The position numbers and the translations under genes were made by a program. The notes under the pieces are model-generated. The model had not been told where the DNA came from. It ran no database searches and saw nothing but the letters and a program-made list of their open reading frames with translations. From positions 1-55,213 of IMG/VR virus record IMGVR_UViG_3300042291_000512: a stretch of 55,213 nucleotides of DNA. The stretch is one strand, 5' to 3'. The stretch is from a virus. Lineage: Duplodnaviria > Caudoviricetes. Below, piece by piece: positions 9,893-21,173 of the stretch (positions within the stretch are counted from its first letter, which is position 1; every line of letters begins with the position of its first letter).

Positions 9893-10969
9893 ATGGCTAA
9901 ACAACTTATAAAAACTGGTTTACGAAATGAGGGTATGATATCCGAACTTTTGTTAAGTGGTTCATTAGCAATAAAAACTAAGAATGAATTTGGTATTCAT
10001 GTGTTTAGTGGTTCAGTTGCAAATGATGGTATTGTTTCTGGAAAATTAACAAAACCAAAATATAATGAAGTTGAAGTTATAAAATCAATTGATACTAATA
10101 TAGTTGAATTAATTCCAGTAGAACCACCGGCATTACCACCAACAATATTATTAACGGCATATACTGAAGCAAATGAGTTAATAGGCGATTTAACAACACA
10201 GGTTGAGAGATTGAATAGTGTTACGCTTGATTTGGCATCTAAAGTTAAAGAATTGGAAATTGTAACACAAAGTCTTTTGGTTCAAATAGATTCTAAGGAT
10301 TTATTATTAGCAGTTTCTCAAAATCAAACTCAACAATCAAATTTAAAAGTAGAAAGTAGTATTGGTAGTTTACAAAACGCAATTCAAAAAGCAACTGCGG
10401 AGTCTATTCAACGAGTTTCTTTGAGTGGAAGAAATACATCTTTATTACAAGAAAACTCGATATTAAGTGAACAGTTAACATCGGCACAATCTCAAATAGT
10501 AAATCTTAACCAAACAATTAATCAATTGAATACTCAATTGAATAGTACTCAAACGCAATTGGTTAATAACTCAACTCAATTGGCGCAAGCTAATAATCAA
10601 CTTACAAATGCAACTACTAAAAAGAAGAAAATAATTTGTAACGAATTATACAATCAAGGTTTCTTACCTCAACACATTTGGAACGCCGATGAAATTTATG
10701 GTGAGATGATGTATGAGAAAGACCCTCGTTTGGTATTAGGATATATGATGTGGGCTAGAAATGTAGTTAAGTATATGAAAGCTAAGCCACAAAATACTAA
10801 GTGGATTTATAAGATGGTAAAACCTTGGACTGAGCATATGGCGTATAAAGTAGGTACATTGCCAAAAGATAATTGGATAGGTAAAATTATTCATAGTGTA
10901 GGAAAACAATATTGTTACTATGTATATGATAAGCAAATGAGTAAAAGAAATAAGTTGTCATGGCAATAA
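9893..10969 (+). CDS. coiled-coil protein with C-terminal 'KIICNELY' helical domain
   Basis: Long Q/N/L heptad region followed by KKKKIICNELYNQG...GYMMWARNVV...PWTEHMAY. Confidence 0.65.
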   Translation: MAKQLIKTGLRNEGMISELLLSGSLAIKTKNEFGIHVFSGSVANDGIVSGKLTKPKYNEVEVIKSIDTNIVELIPVEPPALPPTILLTAYTEANELIGDLTTQVERLNSVTLDLASKVKELEIVTQSLLVQIDSKDLLLAVSQNQTQQSNLKVESSIGSLQNAIQKATAESIQRVSLSGRNTSLLQENSILSEQLTSAQSQIVNLNQTINQLNTQLNSTQTQLVNNSTQLAQANNQLTNATTKKKKIICNELYNQGFLPQHIWNADEIYGEMMYEKDPRLVLGYMMWARNVVKYMKAKPQNTKWIYKMVKPWTEHMAYKVGTLPKDNWIGKIIHSVGKQYCYYVYDKQMSKRNKLSWQ

Positions 10970-12210
10970 AAACATTTAAGGAAATATTAAACAATCAGGG
11001 ATATAGAATATCTTCAAATGATAGAAAGATATTTGAAGAAGGTAATCTTGATTCCTTTTTTGGATTTAGTCAAAACGATGCAATTGAATTTATTGTATAT
11101 GATTTGGACGATAACCAACTACCACAGATTAACGATGAATTGGTAAGATATATTCCATTGACAACGCAAAATATTAAAGATTATTTTTTAATCGCAGAAG
11201 GTACTGTATTTCAAAAATATAAATTCCCAACTGAATATTTTATAGATATTGAAAGATTACTTAGAGAAGCTGGATATGATAATGGTATATTTAAAACACA
11301 AATAACTTTACTTAATAAGAGAGTGGGCAGTGAATTTCCATCCGATAAATTGTGGATTGCCGAAATATCACCATCTCGTACTGAGGTTAGATTATTACCA
11401 TTAAAAAAAGGATTAGAATTAAATGAAGAACTTAAAAAAAGATACGATGTATTTGTAAATAATGGTGAATTTAGAGATGATACTATAAATTTAACATTTC
11501 CATTTGTTGAAAAAATAAGTCCAATCGGTATTGATGAATTTATTAAATCAAAATATACAGCTAGCTGGCTAAATAAACTTGTATATGAATTTAAAATAAA
11601 AAACTTTGAAACGTTTTCGACAAAGGTATTTGAAAAATTTACACAAGCTTGTTTTTATGAATTTCAAAACAAAATATCTGATATAAACGATATTAATTAT
11701 GGAAAACCTAAATCTGAAAAACCAGTAGTAGGATTATCTATTAATGAAATTGAAAATATATGTAAAAAGATATTAATTATGTGTATTGATTTTTATTTTC
11801 CTAACCCGGATGTAAAAACTGAAACTACATATGATATGGGCGTTGATACGAGTATTGATGTAGTTGGTAAGGTATTACAAAGAATAGAATCAAACACAAT
11901 AATAGATACAACAAGTCCTGTAATTAGAAAAGCTGAAATTATAAATCCAATATTAACAAGTAAAGAATTGAAATTGGAAGAAGAAATAAAAAAACAAATT
12001 CCAGACCCACCGTTTGATGTGAGTAGGCCAGTACCGGACCCACCCCCACCAATTGAAATAGTTACACCAATTGATGAACCACCATATAGCCCACCATATA
12101 CTGGAGGTGGCGGAGGAGGAGGCGGTGGAGGACAATTTGATACACAATCATTAGATAGAGATAATTTATCAGATGGTGGTATGGGCAGAGAACAACTGGC
12201 ATTTCAATAA
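10960..12210 (+). CDS. putative baseplate/virion protein
   Basis: WIAEISPSRTEVRL motif, Pro-rich and poly-Gly tail, operon context. Confidence 0.6.
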   Translation: MAIKTFKEILNNQGYRISSNDRKIFEEGNLDSFFGFSQNDAIEFIVYDLDDNQLPQINDELVRYIPLTTQNIKDYFLIAEGTVFQKYKFPTEYFIDIERLLREAGYDNGIFKTQITLLNKRVGSEFPSDKLWIAEISPSRTEVRLLPLKKGLELNEELKKRYDVFVNNGEFRDDTINLTFPFVEKISPIGIDEFIKSKYTASWLNKLVYEFKIKNFETFSTKVFEKFTQACFYEFQNKISDINDINYGKPKSEKPVVGLSINEIENICKKILIMCIDFYFPNPDVKTETTYDMGVDTSIDVVGKVLQRIESNTIIDTTSPVIRKAEIINPILTSKELKLEEEIKKQIPDPPFDVSRPVPDPPPPIEIVTPIDEPPYSPPYTGGGGGGGGGGQFDTQSLDRDNLSDGGMGREQLAFQ

Positions 12211-12230
12211 TATAAAATACTTATAAAGTA

Positions 12231-15200
12231 ATGAGAGCAGTAGAAGAAAACGCATTTGATAATGGATTTGGGGTAAACGAATCACAACAATTATACAATC
12301 TTGATAATGAATTGGGTATTGGTATAGGTGGGGGTTCAGGTGCTGGCATCTCCTATGGTGGCGGCGGAGGAGGAGGCTTTATACCTATCATAGATACTCC
12401 AAATACGGCTCAAAGTGATAGTAAAAATATATTTTATATAGAGGCAAATGCCGCGGCAAGTATTTATATAAATGGTAGACCTACATACCAAACAACAAAT
12501 TATGGGTTACCTATTATGGTATCGCAATTGTTGGACGAAGGTAGTAAAAAAATTACGGTACAAAAGGAAGGATACGCGTGTAACGAAGAATATATAATAG
12601 ATGTTGTACAAAATCCAAATTACTATATACCATATGTTAATTTAAATATAAATCCATATGATAGTTTGGTTGGATACGATACAAGAGGATTACCCAATCA
12701 AACGTATGAAGATAACAGTTTATATAGAATTCCTGAAAATTATCAAGCGGTTTACTCGTCTGTACCGGCATACACATTTAGAATAAGAAAATTTATAAAT
12801 GAGGTACTTCAAACTGATTATAGTTATGAAATTGATAAGCAAGATAAAAAAATAAATTTTACATTAACTCAAAATATCATTGCTGATAGAAATCCAACTG
12901 ACCCTTTAGTTGAAAAGATAAAATTAAACATGGCTGTTGAGGGCCCAAATTCATCCGTATTAGTGGTGAAGGATGGTACTGGTATAACTAATGAAAAATT
13001 TAATTTAAATGCAGGAGTAACAAATTTTGAAGATGTACCAACATCGGATTTAGTTTATTCGATACAAACATCTGATATAAATTTATACAGGATTACTAAA
13101 ATAGTAGTAAGTGGTGAGGGGTTGGTAACAAAAACGTTAGAAGCTACTAGTGGATTGGAAAGTATATCTACTAAAATAAAAGCCGAAAGGGATTTAAATA
13201 TTAGTATTACTACTGAAAATTTCACAATAGTACAAGCAACAATACCATCCGTAGCATTTCTTAATTTAGACAGATTAGCATCAAAAGAATTTACTGAGTA
13301 TAACATAAATTCAAACGCAGATGTTCCAATTGGATTAAATTTATTTGGAGGTACTAATAGAGTATCGGTGTATGTAAAGGATAAGAAATATGCATTTGAT
13401 GTAAGTGGTGATAGTTCTATAATTTTAATACCATCTAAAACGTTTGATGTAATTGGTAAATATTCTATAAAAATAGTACCAAGTAATAATAGTGGAGATG
13501 GTGAGTTTATAGAAACGGCATTAGTTGCAATGGATGATATGTGGGTTGGTGTTCCGGATATTAGAAATATACAATACCCATCGGTTCTAAGAGGTCCTGA
13601 TTACATTGGTACGGATGTAAATTTTAATATATACTTTGATTCGGTTGATACTGATTATGTTAGAATGTATGCCGGAAGTACAAATTCAAATTTTACACAA
13701 TTACCTAGTAATGGCACACATACATTTAATTTTAAGCAATTATTAGTAAATTCAGGTACCAACGTTTCAGAGGACCAGGATAAAATTAGTTTACAATTAA
13801 TATTAATACCATACAATACAAGTGGAAGACAAGTCGTAGTTGGTAAAACTGAAATAATTACAATTCTTTTTGATAAAGGAGATTTAACAATTCCAAGAGA
13901 TGTTGCAATTGGTAGAATTGCTGAAGGATTTATTGCACAATTTGACAAATCTATTTTTGCAGATGAAACTTCTAAATACTTAACTCACTTATTACATATT
14001 GGTGATGGTGATAATAAAGTAATTACAACTTGGATTGGTGATGATGAATCGCTTATATTAAAATTATATGAACCGTTAGATACTGCAATACAACCAAACC
14101 AACAAGTTTGGATATCAAAAGTTCAATCAGACCCAATAATTGAAACGGTAACAATAAGTGGAGTTGATACAAGTTATTGTGCCCCACTAAAAGGACCTAA
14201 CTTTTTATTAGAACCTGATAACGGTACTGCTTTTAAAATATTTGATGATTTAATTGCAAGCGGTTCTACTACTTCAAATGATATATTAAATAAAATATCC
14301 GCTCAAAATAATATTGATACTGAAAAATTAAATATTCAATATGCAAGTGGGTCTTCATATACATTTGACCAATTTGTGCATTTTGGTTCAGCGGCTGAAA
14401 GATTAAAAAACTTTTATTATAAAGTAAGTGTTTTACAAGAATATCAAGCAAAGTATTTAGATTTAACACAAACATCCTACCCAATTGGTTATTTATTAAC
14501 CGAAGATTCGGGTGGAGATGGTACTCCTGAAATACTTGGTAATGAAATATTAATAGGTGAACAACTGGACCCAATTTTACAATTACAATTTGAGACACCT
14601 CAAGTAATCCCAGCACCATATGCTTTAATAGAAGCTAATTTAGTAGCTCAAAAAATAAGTAATTTGATAAAAACGTTTGATGGTTATGAAATATTTTTAT
14701 TTAAATCTGAAAACTTATTAGCATATCCAAAAGAAAATTATTTTAATCCATTAACATCTTACACATACAGAGTTCTAAGACCAAAAAATCATCCGATATC
14801 AATAAGTTGGTATGAAACCGCATTAAACGATTCGGAAGAATTTGATAAATATAATTCATATGCAATGCGTAATAATCTTCCAGAATATATAACGGAAGAT
14901 TATGATAATGCTGATTTTATTTTATTTTTAGATATGGTAGGCCAACATTTTGATATTTTGTGGGTCTATATAAATGGGATAAAAAAAGCTAAAAAAGTAG
15001 AACATAAAGAAGAATTAGGAGTACCGGATTCGTTAGTTAGTTCTTTACTAAACGCAATGGGTTGGGAAGAAAAAAGAGCATTTAATTCTCAATTACTTTG
15101 GGAATATATGTTTGGTACTAATCAAAATGGAGCTCCAAAATACGGCCGAAGTTTGGAAGATGCTAATTATGAAGTTTGGCGAAGAATTTTAAATAACTTA

Positions 15201-17453
15201 CCATATCTATTAAAACATAAGGGTACTTCTAGAGCATTGAAAGCTGTAATGGCTTGTTATGGCGTACCACAATCTATGTTGACGATAATGGAATTTGGCG
15301 GACCGCAAGATCCAGTTAAAAATGGCACTACAAAATTTACGTTTGATGATAGAACCGCGGCTATTGTATTAGATGAAAATTCAAGTATACAAGTACCTTG
15401 GCATATTGTAGGCTCAACAATGGATTTCCCAAATTGTATCGAATTTAGAATAAGGCCCTCAGCTAGTATCTCTAATCCAGCGACATTAATATCTGGAAGT
15501 GAATTTACTTTAGATTTAGTTCAAACAACCGGTTCTTATTATAAATTAGAATTAAATTTTGGTGGTAATGATTCTAATAGTACATACTTTGAAACAACAA
15601 CTGTATATGTAACTCCTGAATTAAGTGGTGAGTATGCATATGGTCCTGATTTAAAAACTGGAAGTTTAGATTTTCCACTTTCAAATGAACATTATTCCAA
15701 CGTAGCGATTAATAGGCACAACAATCCAGATTCATCTTCTTGGTATGAGATTTGGTTGGGAACATCTGATGGGCAAAGAATAATTACTTCGGTTAGTATG
15801 TCTATGTTATATAACGATAGTCAATGGACCGGTTCAACTCCATACTTAGTAGTTGGTGGAAATGGGTATCAGGGTGAATTAGATGAATTTCGTTTGTGGA
15901 GTGTTCCATTACAAAGAAGTAAATTTGAAAATCATACACTATTCCCAGACGCAATCAATGGTAATGATTACGATTCATCTACAAAAGATTTAATGTTCCG
16001 TTTAGATTTTGAATATCCAAAAGATAGAACTAAAACGGAAAATATTGGAATTAAAAACGTAGCTATAAGTGATACATATGCAGAACCATTTGCATCGGCA
16101 AGTAATATGTATTCTGCATCGGCATACCCATATCAATATATACCATATGATAGAACTGTAACCGCTACCGTGCCATCTATGGGATTAAACTATTCAAACA
16201 AAATACGTTTTGAAGACCAGGAATTAATTGGAGACCTTTCATATAAAACTAGAGCAACAAAAAAGGCGTTTGATAGAGCTCCAATAGATTCAAATCGTTT
16301 AGGATTATTCTTCTCTCCAATAAAGGAGTTAAATATGGATATCCTAAAAGCATTTGGTGATTTTAATATTGATAACTATATTGGTGACCCTTCCGATGAA
16401 TATACCAATTCATATAAACAATTAGATACTTTAAGACATTATTATTTTGAAAGACTTGGTAATAGAGATATCTATGAATATATTAGATTAATACGCTATA
16501 TAGATAAATCATTATTCGAGGTACTTTCGGATTTAGCACCTGCTAGAACAAATATATCTAAAGGATTATTAATAGAACCGCATTATTTAGAAAGAAGTAA
16601 AACACAATGGAAAAAAGCGGAAGCATTACGAAATGATTTTGATACTTCAATAGATACGAATGAAAATTACATATTAGAAGGCGAATCAATTCCGAAAGAT
16701 GCACATATAAACGCAGAAGAAGTAGCAATGCTAACTGGTGACATTAGTAATGAAGAAACTACAATTTTCGCAAATGATGTAATAGTAATTGAGGGAACTA
16801 ATCCAAATTACGATACAACTATTAATACAGCAGATTCAATTATATTCGAATCATCTGCTCCTTTTTATGATACTTTAATAGAATGTCCTACCGGAGCTAA
16901 TTTGGTAGGAGAAGCCGATTCATTTACATTTACTGAAATTGGAAATGATAAAGATTCTATTGCAAATGCGGGATATGGATTATACGCTATAAGAGGTAAT
17001 GGTTTGGTTAGAGATTATGACCCATTATTTGGAAATAATCAAAATACTGGAAGCAGAAAGAGTATATTTTTGGTAAAACAACAATATATCCAAAAAATAA
17101 ATACACAAACCGAAGGATACCCAACCACAGCGGATAAGCAAGTTAAATATGAAAAAATAGCTGTTACTAAATATAAATATAAAGTAGCAAAACTTCCTTT
17201 TAGTGGTAGTATTGAACTTGGTAACGATACCGTAGAGGTAACCGCTTTAAATGGATATTTGCCATCACATTATAAATTTACAAATAATTTGGGTGAGGGA
17301 ATGCTTCGTTCATTTTGGAAAGGCTCGGTTCAAGATTCATCAACTACACCTGATGGGTTAGACCCGGTTGAAACATTTACAACCAACCCTAATATTCTTA
17401 GAGTTACTAAGACTGGACGAGGTAGTGGTGAACCAATTCTTATCGTTGATTAA
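12231..17453 (+). CDS. large baseplate wedge protein (gp7-like) with LamG/ConA-like domain
   Basis: 1740 aa. FLDMVGQHFD and LLKHKGTSRALK wedge motifs; IEFRIRP...YQGELDEFRLW LamG-like motif; PEGA-like N-terminus. Confidence 0.65.
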   Translation: MRAVEENAFDNGFGVNESQQLYNLDNELGIGIGGGSGAGISYGGGGGGGFIPIIDTPNTAQSDSKNIFYIEANAAASIYINGRPTYQTTNYGLPIMVSQLLDEGSKKITVQKEGYACNEEYIIDVVQNPNYYIPYVNLNINPYDSLVGYDTRGLPNQTYEDNSLYRIPENYQAVYSSVPAYTFRIRKFINEVLQTDYSYEIDKQDKKINFTLTQNIIADRNPTDPLVEKIKLNMAVEGPNSSVLVVKDGTGITNEKFNLNAGVTNFEDVPTSDLVYSIQTSDINLYRITKIVVSGEGLVTKTLEATSGLESISTKIKAERDLNISITTENFTIVQATIPSVAFLNLDRLASKEFTEYNINSNADVPIGLNLFGGTNRVSVYVKDKKYAFDVSGDSSIILIPSKTFDVIGKYSIKIVPSNNSGDGEFIETALVAMDDMWVGVPDIRNIQYPSVLRGPDYIGTDVNFNIYFDSVDTDYVRMYAGSTNSNFTQLPSNGTHTFNFKQLLVNSGTNVSEDQDKISLQLILIPYNTSGRQVVVGKTEIITILFDKGDLTIPRDVAIGRIAEGFIAQFDKSIFADETSKYLTHLLHIGDGDNKVITTWIGDDESLILKLYEPLDTAIQPNQQVWISKVQSDPIIETVTISGVDTSYCAPLKGPNFLLEPDNGTAFKIFDDLIASGSTTSNDILNKISAQNNIDTEKLNIQYASGSSYTFDQFVHFGSAAERLKNFYYKVSVLQEYQAKYLDLTQTSYPIGYLLTEDSGGDGTPEILGNEILIGEQLDPILQLQFETPQVIPAPYALIEANLVAQKISNLIKTFDGYEIFLFKSENLLAYPKENYFNPLTSYTYRVLRPKNHPISISWYETALNDSEEFDKYNSYAMRNNLPEYITEDYDNADFILFLDMVGQHFDILWVYINGIKKAKKVEHKEELGVPDSLVSSLLNAMGWEEKRAFNSQLLWEYMFGTNQNGAPKYGRSLEDANYEVWRRILNNLPYLLKHKGTSRALKAVMACYGVPQSMLTIMEFGGPQDPVKNGTTKFTFDDRTAAIVLDENSSIQVPWHIVGSTMDFPNCIEFRIRPSASISNPATLISGSEFTLDLVQTTGSYYKLELNFGGNDSNSTYFETTTVYVTPELSGEYAYGPDLKTGSLDFPLSNEHYSNVAINRHNNPDSSSWYEIWLGTSDGQRIITSVSMSMLYNDSQWTGSTPYLVVGGNGYQGELDEFRLWSVPLQRSKFENHTLFPDAINGNDYDSSTKDLMFRLDFEYPKDRTKTENIGIKNVAISDTYAEPFASASNMYSASAYPYQYIPYDRTVTATVPSMGLNYSNKIRFEDQELIGDLSYKTRATKKAFDRAPIDSNRLGLFFSPIKELNMDILKAFGDFNIDNYIGDPSDEYTNSYKQLDTLRHYYFERLGNRDIYEYIRLIRYIDKSLFEVLSDLAPARTNISKGLLIEPHYLERSKTQWKKAEALRNDFDTSIDTNENYILEGESIPKDAHINAEEVAMLTGDISNEETTIFANDVIVIEGTNPNYDTTINTADSIIFESSAPFYDTLIECPTGANLVGEADSFTFTEIGNDKDSIANAGYGLYAIRGNGLVRDYDPLFGNNQNTGSRKSIFLVKQQYIQKINTQTEGYPTTADKQVKYEKIAVTKYKYKVAKLPFSGSIELGNDTVEVTALNGYLPSHYKFTNNLGEGMLRSFWKGSVQDSSTTPDGLDPVETFTTNPNILRVTKTGRGSGEPILIVD

Positions 17454-17506
17454 ATTGAAAATAAAAATTAGTTATATTTATAGAATATAGATAAAAAACA
17501 TATCAA

Positions 17507-18133
17507 ATGGCATATTTAGATAACACGGAAATTACGGTAGATGCAATTCTTACCAAAAAAGGAAGACAAAAATTGGCATCTGGACAATCTTTAAACATTA
17601 CAAAGTTCGCTTTGGGAGATGATGAGATTGATTATACGCTTTACGAACCAGCACACCCAAAAGGTTCAGCATACTACGATTCAGCAATTAGAGCTATTCC
17701 TATTACGGAAGCTTCTCCTGATGAAACTCAAGTATTAAGATATAAGTTAGTTACTTTACCAAAAGGAACTACTCAAATCCCAACTGTAAGATTGGGTGTA
17801 CCTTCTATTAGTGTTAATCAATATGAAGGTGGTGTAGGATTATCTCCAACAACATCTCCTGCTGGAAACCAAAATGCTGGATACACTATGGTATTAGCCG
17901 ACCAAAGAGCTGGTACTCTTACTGTAACTAGAGGAGCAAACGGAACTGGTACCGCGTTGTTCTTAGGTGATGAAATTACAACAACGGCACAGGTTACTAC
18001 TGGTTTAGAATTTAAGTTCACTCCAAATCCAAATTTAACAATTGATGTATCAACAACGATAACTGTATTTGGCAATGAAACGGGAGGTTCTCAAACTATA
18101 CCTGTAATTGTAACGTACAAAGCAAACGTATAA
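17507..18133 (+). CDS. baseplate/tail-fibre attachment structural protein
   Basis: AILTKKGRQKLA...ITKFALGD resembles the N-terminus of tail-collar/fibre proteins. Confidence 0.6.
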   Translation: MAYLDNTEITVDAILTKKGRQKLASGQSLNITKFALGDDEIDYTLYEPAHPKGSAYYDSAIRAIPITEASPDETQVLRYKLVTLPKGTTQIPTVRLGVPSISVNQYEGGVGLSPTTSPAGNQNAGYTMVLADQRAGTLTVTRGANGTGTALFLGDEITTTAQVTTGLEFKFTPNPNLTIDVSTTITVFGNETGGSQTIPVIVTYKANV

Positions 18134-18152
18134 AATAAAATAGAAATATAAA

Positions 18153-19364
18153 ATGGCACTAATAAACGACCCAAAAATAACAGACCAAATAAGAGCATTG
18201 GCGAATACCGGTACTGTTGATTCAAACCAAATAGTACAGATATTAAATTCAGTTTTACCAGCTGGGCAACAAATTGCAACTACTGGAACTACTGGAACTG
18301 GTCTTTACAAAAGATTTGGTGAATTTGATAAAGTAAACGCTAAAATAGAAGTAGTAACAACTGGACTATGGAGTAGTGACTCTGGTTCGTTGACGTCATT
18401 TTATACATCATCGCAAGTTGAAGCAACTAGTGGTAAATACTATTACAATGTATATCAAACTGACCCAATCGATACTGATATAGAAGAAGTTCAATTCGCA
18501 GTAGCATATGGGCATTTAGATGGTAGTGGTTCGGTTAGTTTGGATAATGACCCTAATGGATTATTGGCAACTAAAGCGACTTACGCACAATATAAATCAA
18601 TATTATTAGACCCAACATTATCTCAATTTCAATTTGAAAATGCAGTTGCGCAGGCAACAAATTCAAATGAGATTTATGTGATAAACGTAGCTAGAGCAAG
18701 ATATAGAGAATCTATGGATGCTGGTAACTGGTCATTAAAACTATCTGGTTCTAATGGATTATTTACATTTATTGATAATAGTGGTAAAAAATTCGGTGAT
18801 AATTATGGTTTAAGTGGTAATGTATTCAAAGTGGTTTCTGGTTCATTGAATTTAGGAAGCCAAAACGAAGCAACTGTTAAAAATACTACTGACCCAACTT
18901 CTGGTGAAGGGTATGGTTTATTCTACCCTGAAAGAGGTATTATAATTCTTAATCCAAAAGCGATAGCTAACGTAGTTGGTAATGTATTCAATGAAAATTT
19001 CCAAAACGTTGGAAGTTTATTACCAGATTATTCAATACTTGCTGATAAAGAAAACCATAAGAGATTATATCACGCAATTAGAGCAGGTAAAGATTTTGAT
19101 GCTAGAAGAACTGAAAATGTATCAACACAACACTTCTTTGTAAGAGCAACAAATAGAGAGTTTAATTATTCTAACAATCCTACTTACTTAGATGCAGATG
19201 GTTTCTTTACTGAACCAACATTTGAAACTGACCCTCAAACATTTATTACAACAATCGGTTTGCTGAATGATGCAAATGAAATAGTAGCAGTAGCTAAGAC
19301 TTCACAGCCAATTGTTAAATCATTTGATAAGGAAGTTCTAATTAAAGTGAAATTATCATTCTAA
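18153..19364 (+). CDS. baseplate structural protein (paralog 1)
   Basis: C-terminal FNYSNNPT...FITTIGLLNDANEIVAVAKTSQPI. Confidence 0.6.
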   Translation: MALINDPKITDQIRALANTGTVDSNQIVQILNSVLPAGQQIATTGTTGTGLYKRFGEFDKVNAKIEVVTTGLWSSDSGSLTSFYTSSQVEATSGKYYYNVYQTDPIDTDIEEVQFAVAYGHLDGSGSVSLDNDPNGLLATKATYAQYKSILLDPTLSQFQFENAVAQATNSNEIYVINVARARYRESMDAGNWSLKLSGSNGLFTFIDNSGKKFGDNYGLSGNVFKVVSGSLNLGSQNEATVKNTTDPTSGEGYGLFYPERGIIILNPKAIANVVGNVFNENFQNVGSLLPDYSILADKENHKRLYHAIRAGKDFDARRTENVSTQHFFVRATNREFNYSNNPTYLDADGFFTEPTFETDPQTFITTIGLLNDANEIVAVAKTSQPIVKSFDKEVLIKVKLSF

Positions 19365-19386
19365 TTAAAAATTATAGAAAATAAAT

Positions 19387-19410
19387 AAACCCCCTTCATT
19401 GGGGGTTTTT
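19387..19410 (+). terminator. rho-independent terminator
   Basis: aaaccccc-ttcatt-gggggttttt directly after the stop at 19364. Confidence 0.85.
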
Positions 19411-19435
19411 CATTTAACGAATATTTATATAAGAC

Positions 19436-20329
19436 ATGTTAAAAGAAATTCCAAAATCCGATGTAATCACTAGACCAATTAAGGTCTATAAAGAATGGAC
19501 ATTGGATGAAAATGATATATACCCAGTATTTGGTATAAATGGGGCTAATACACTCGTTGATATTGATAACGATGAGACGAGTTATGGATTTAATAAAAAA
19601 ATAATTTACGCATCCATAAAATCCCAATTCTACACAAACCCAGCAACTGCATCAGTATTAACCGAAGTTGGTAGAAGAATTTCTTATGCATCTACAAATG
19701 AAAGAATATTAGAAAATAATATAGCAGTATTTTCAGTACCACAAGCAAAGTATGGAGAGGGTATAAAACCAGGTACGGTTGTATTAGAAGATGCGCAATT
19801 AGGTAGAACGTATGTGGATGATGGATATTCAAATTTGAAATATAATAACCAAATAAAAGGTAATATATTTTACGATAGGGGATTAATAGTAGTTTCTAAA
19901 GATGTAGTTAGTGGTTCTGTTTTATCTCAATTTACTTTAAACTTTCGTTCAACCAAAACAATATATGAAAATGAAATATTTCTATCCGTATTGGAAAACG
20001 AGTTTAATACATCTCAAAACCCATCTGCGGTAACTGAGGATGGTGGTGTAATAAATACACATATAGTACAAAGACCCGGTTCAATTAGAAATGGGGATTT
20101 GGTAACCGCATCATTTTATAATGCTGGAACTAAAATAGTAAATGATGAATTTGCTTATTATGAAGATAATGTAAGCTTAGACCCTACTGGTTCGTATTTA
20201 GCTCCTTATATTACTACTATTGCGTTGTATGATGATGAACTAAATATGGTAGCGGTGGCAAAATTACCTCAACCAATTAAATCAACTCCAGATTATCCAG
20301 TGAATTTTATTGTTAGATTTGATTCATAA
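19436..20329 (+). CDS. baseplate structural protein (paralog 2)
   Basis: Shares GxxFYxRGxI and FNxSxNP...ITTI.L..D....VAVAK..QPI with 18153..19364. Confidence 0.65.
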   Translation: MLKEIPKSDVITRPIKVYKEWTLDENDIYPVFGINGANTLVDIDNDETSYGFNKKIIYASIKSQFYTNPATASVLTEVGRRISYASTNERILENNIAVFSVPQAKYGEGIKPGTVVLEDAQLGRTYVDDGYSNLKYNNQIKGNIFYDRGLIVVSKDVVSGSVLSQFTLNFRSTKTIYENEIFLSVLENEFNTSQNPSAVTEDGGVINTHIVQRPGSIRNGDLVTASFYNAGTKIVNDEFAYYEDNVSLDPTGSYLAPYITTIALYDDELNMVAVAKLPQPIKSTPDYPVNFIVRFDS

Positions 20330-20365
20330 ACAATTTTATTTATATTTATATTCAAATAACACAAA

Positions 20366-20554
20366 ATGGCAAGTATATTAGACATATATAAGAAAACTCC
20401 ACCAAAGACAGGTATAGTTGATGTTAAGGGTGGTGATAAAACCCCTCTAAACGCAGATGGTGGTAAAGATTTATCAACAAACGAAACAGCTATTCTTAAA
20501 GCTAGAGGTGGAAAATTAAACGAAAAGAAATATTCTGATTCGGTTAAAAGATAA
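20366..20554 (+). CDS. small basic hypothetical protein
   Basis: 62 aa with upstream ATATTTATA motif and A-rich start context. Confidence 0.6.
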   Translation: MASILDIYKKTPPKTGIVDVKGGDKTPLNADGGKDLSTNETAILKARGGKLNEKKYSDSVKR

Positions 20555-20557
20555 TAA

Positions 20558-20968
20558 ATGAGTTGGAAATTTAATGGAAATATTGTTACAGAAGAAACCA
20601 CACCAGTGGGTGCGGTTGGATTTGTCTATAAAATGATTGATACCAGAACCGGTAGGTTCTATATAGGAAAAAAATCATTATCTCAAACCCGCAGATTGAA
20701 ACCCCTTAAGGGAAAGACTCGTAGAAGGGTTGTAAAGAAAGCATCCGATTGGGAGAAATACTACTCATCAAACGAATGGATTAAATCAGAAGTAAAAGCT
20801 GGAAATGCTGAATACTTTGAAAGAGAAATCATTCAGTTTTGTTTCTCAAAGAAATCCTTATCATATTACGAAATTAAATGGCAGTTTCATTACGATGTAC
20901 TAGCCAACGAACAAGCAATAAACGAAAACCTTATGGGAAAATTCTTCCGTAGGGATATTATAAACTAA
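20558..20968 (+). CDS. GIY-YIG endonuclease (Seg/EndoII-like, catalytic domain only)
   Basis: GFVY...FYIGKK...YYSS...FEREII...YEIK...NEN. Confidence 0.8.
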   Translation: MSWKFNGNIVTEETTPVGAVGFVYKMIDTRTGRFYIGKKSLSQTRRLKPLKGKTRRRVVKKASDWEKYYSSNEWIKSEVKAGNAEYFEREIIQFCFSKKSLSYYEIKWQFHYDVLANEQAINENLMGKFFRRDIIN

Positions 20969-20972
20969 AGTT

Positions 20973-21173
20973 ATGACAATACCTGAAATCGCAAAAAAGT
21001 ACGGAATCTCCGAAGCTTACTTAAACGCAAAAGATGATGCACTACAAATAGCAGCTGCATCAATAGTAGACCTTAAAGGAATGTTGGAAGCAAACCAACC
21101 AAAAGCTCCAATTGTAGCAAAAATGCAGTTTTTAGCTGATTTTCTATACGATGTGAAGAATTCCAACCATTAA
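20973..21173 (+). CDS. small protein, possible N-terminal HTH
   Basis: MTIPEIAKKYGISEAYL. Confidence 0.55.
   Translation: MTIPEIAKKYGISEAYLNAKDDALQIAAASIVDLKGMLEANQPKAPIVAKMQFLADFLYDVKNSNH

Noticed and set aside
20558-20968. GIY-YIG nuclease plus distant methyltransferase as a restriction-modification pair
   Set aside because: They are 29 kb apart with no evidence of shared specificity
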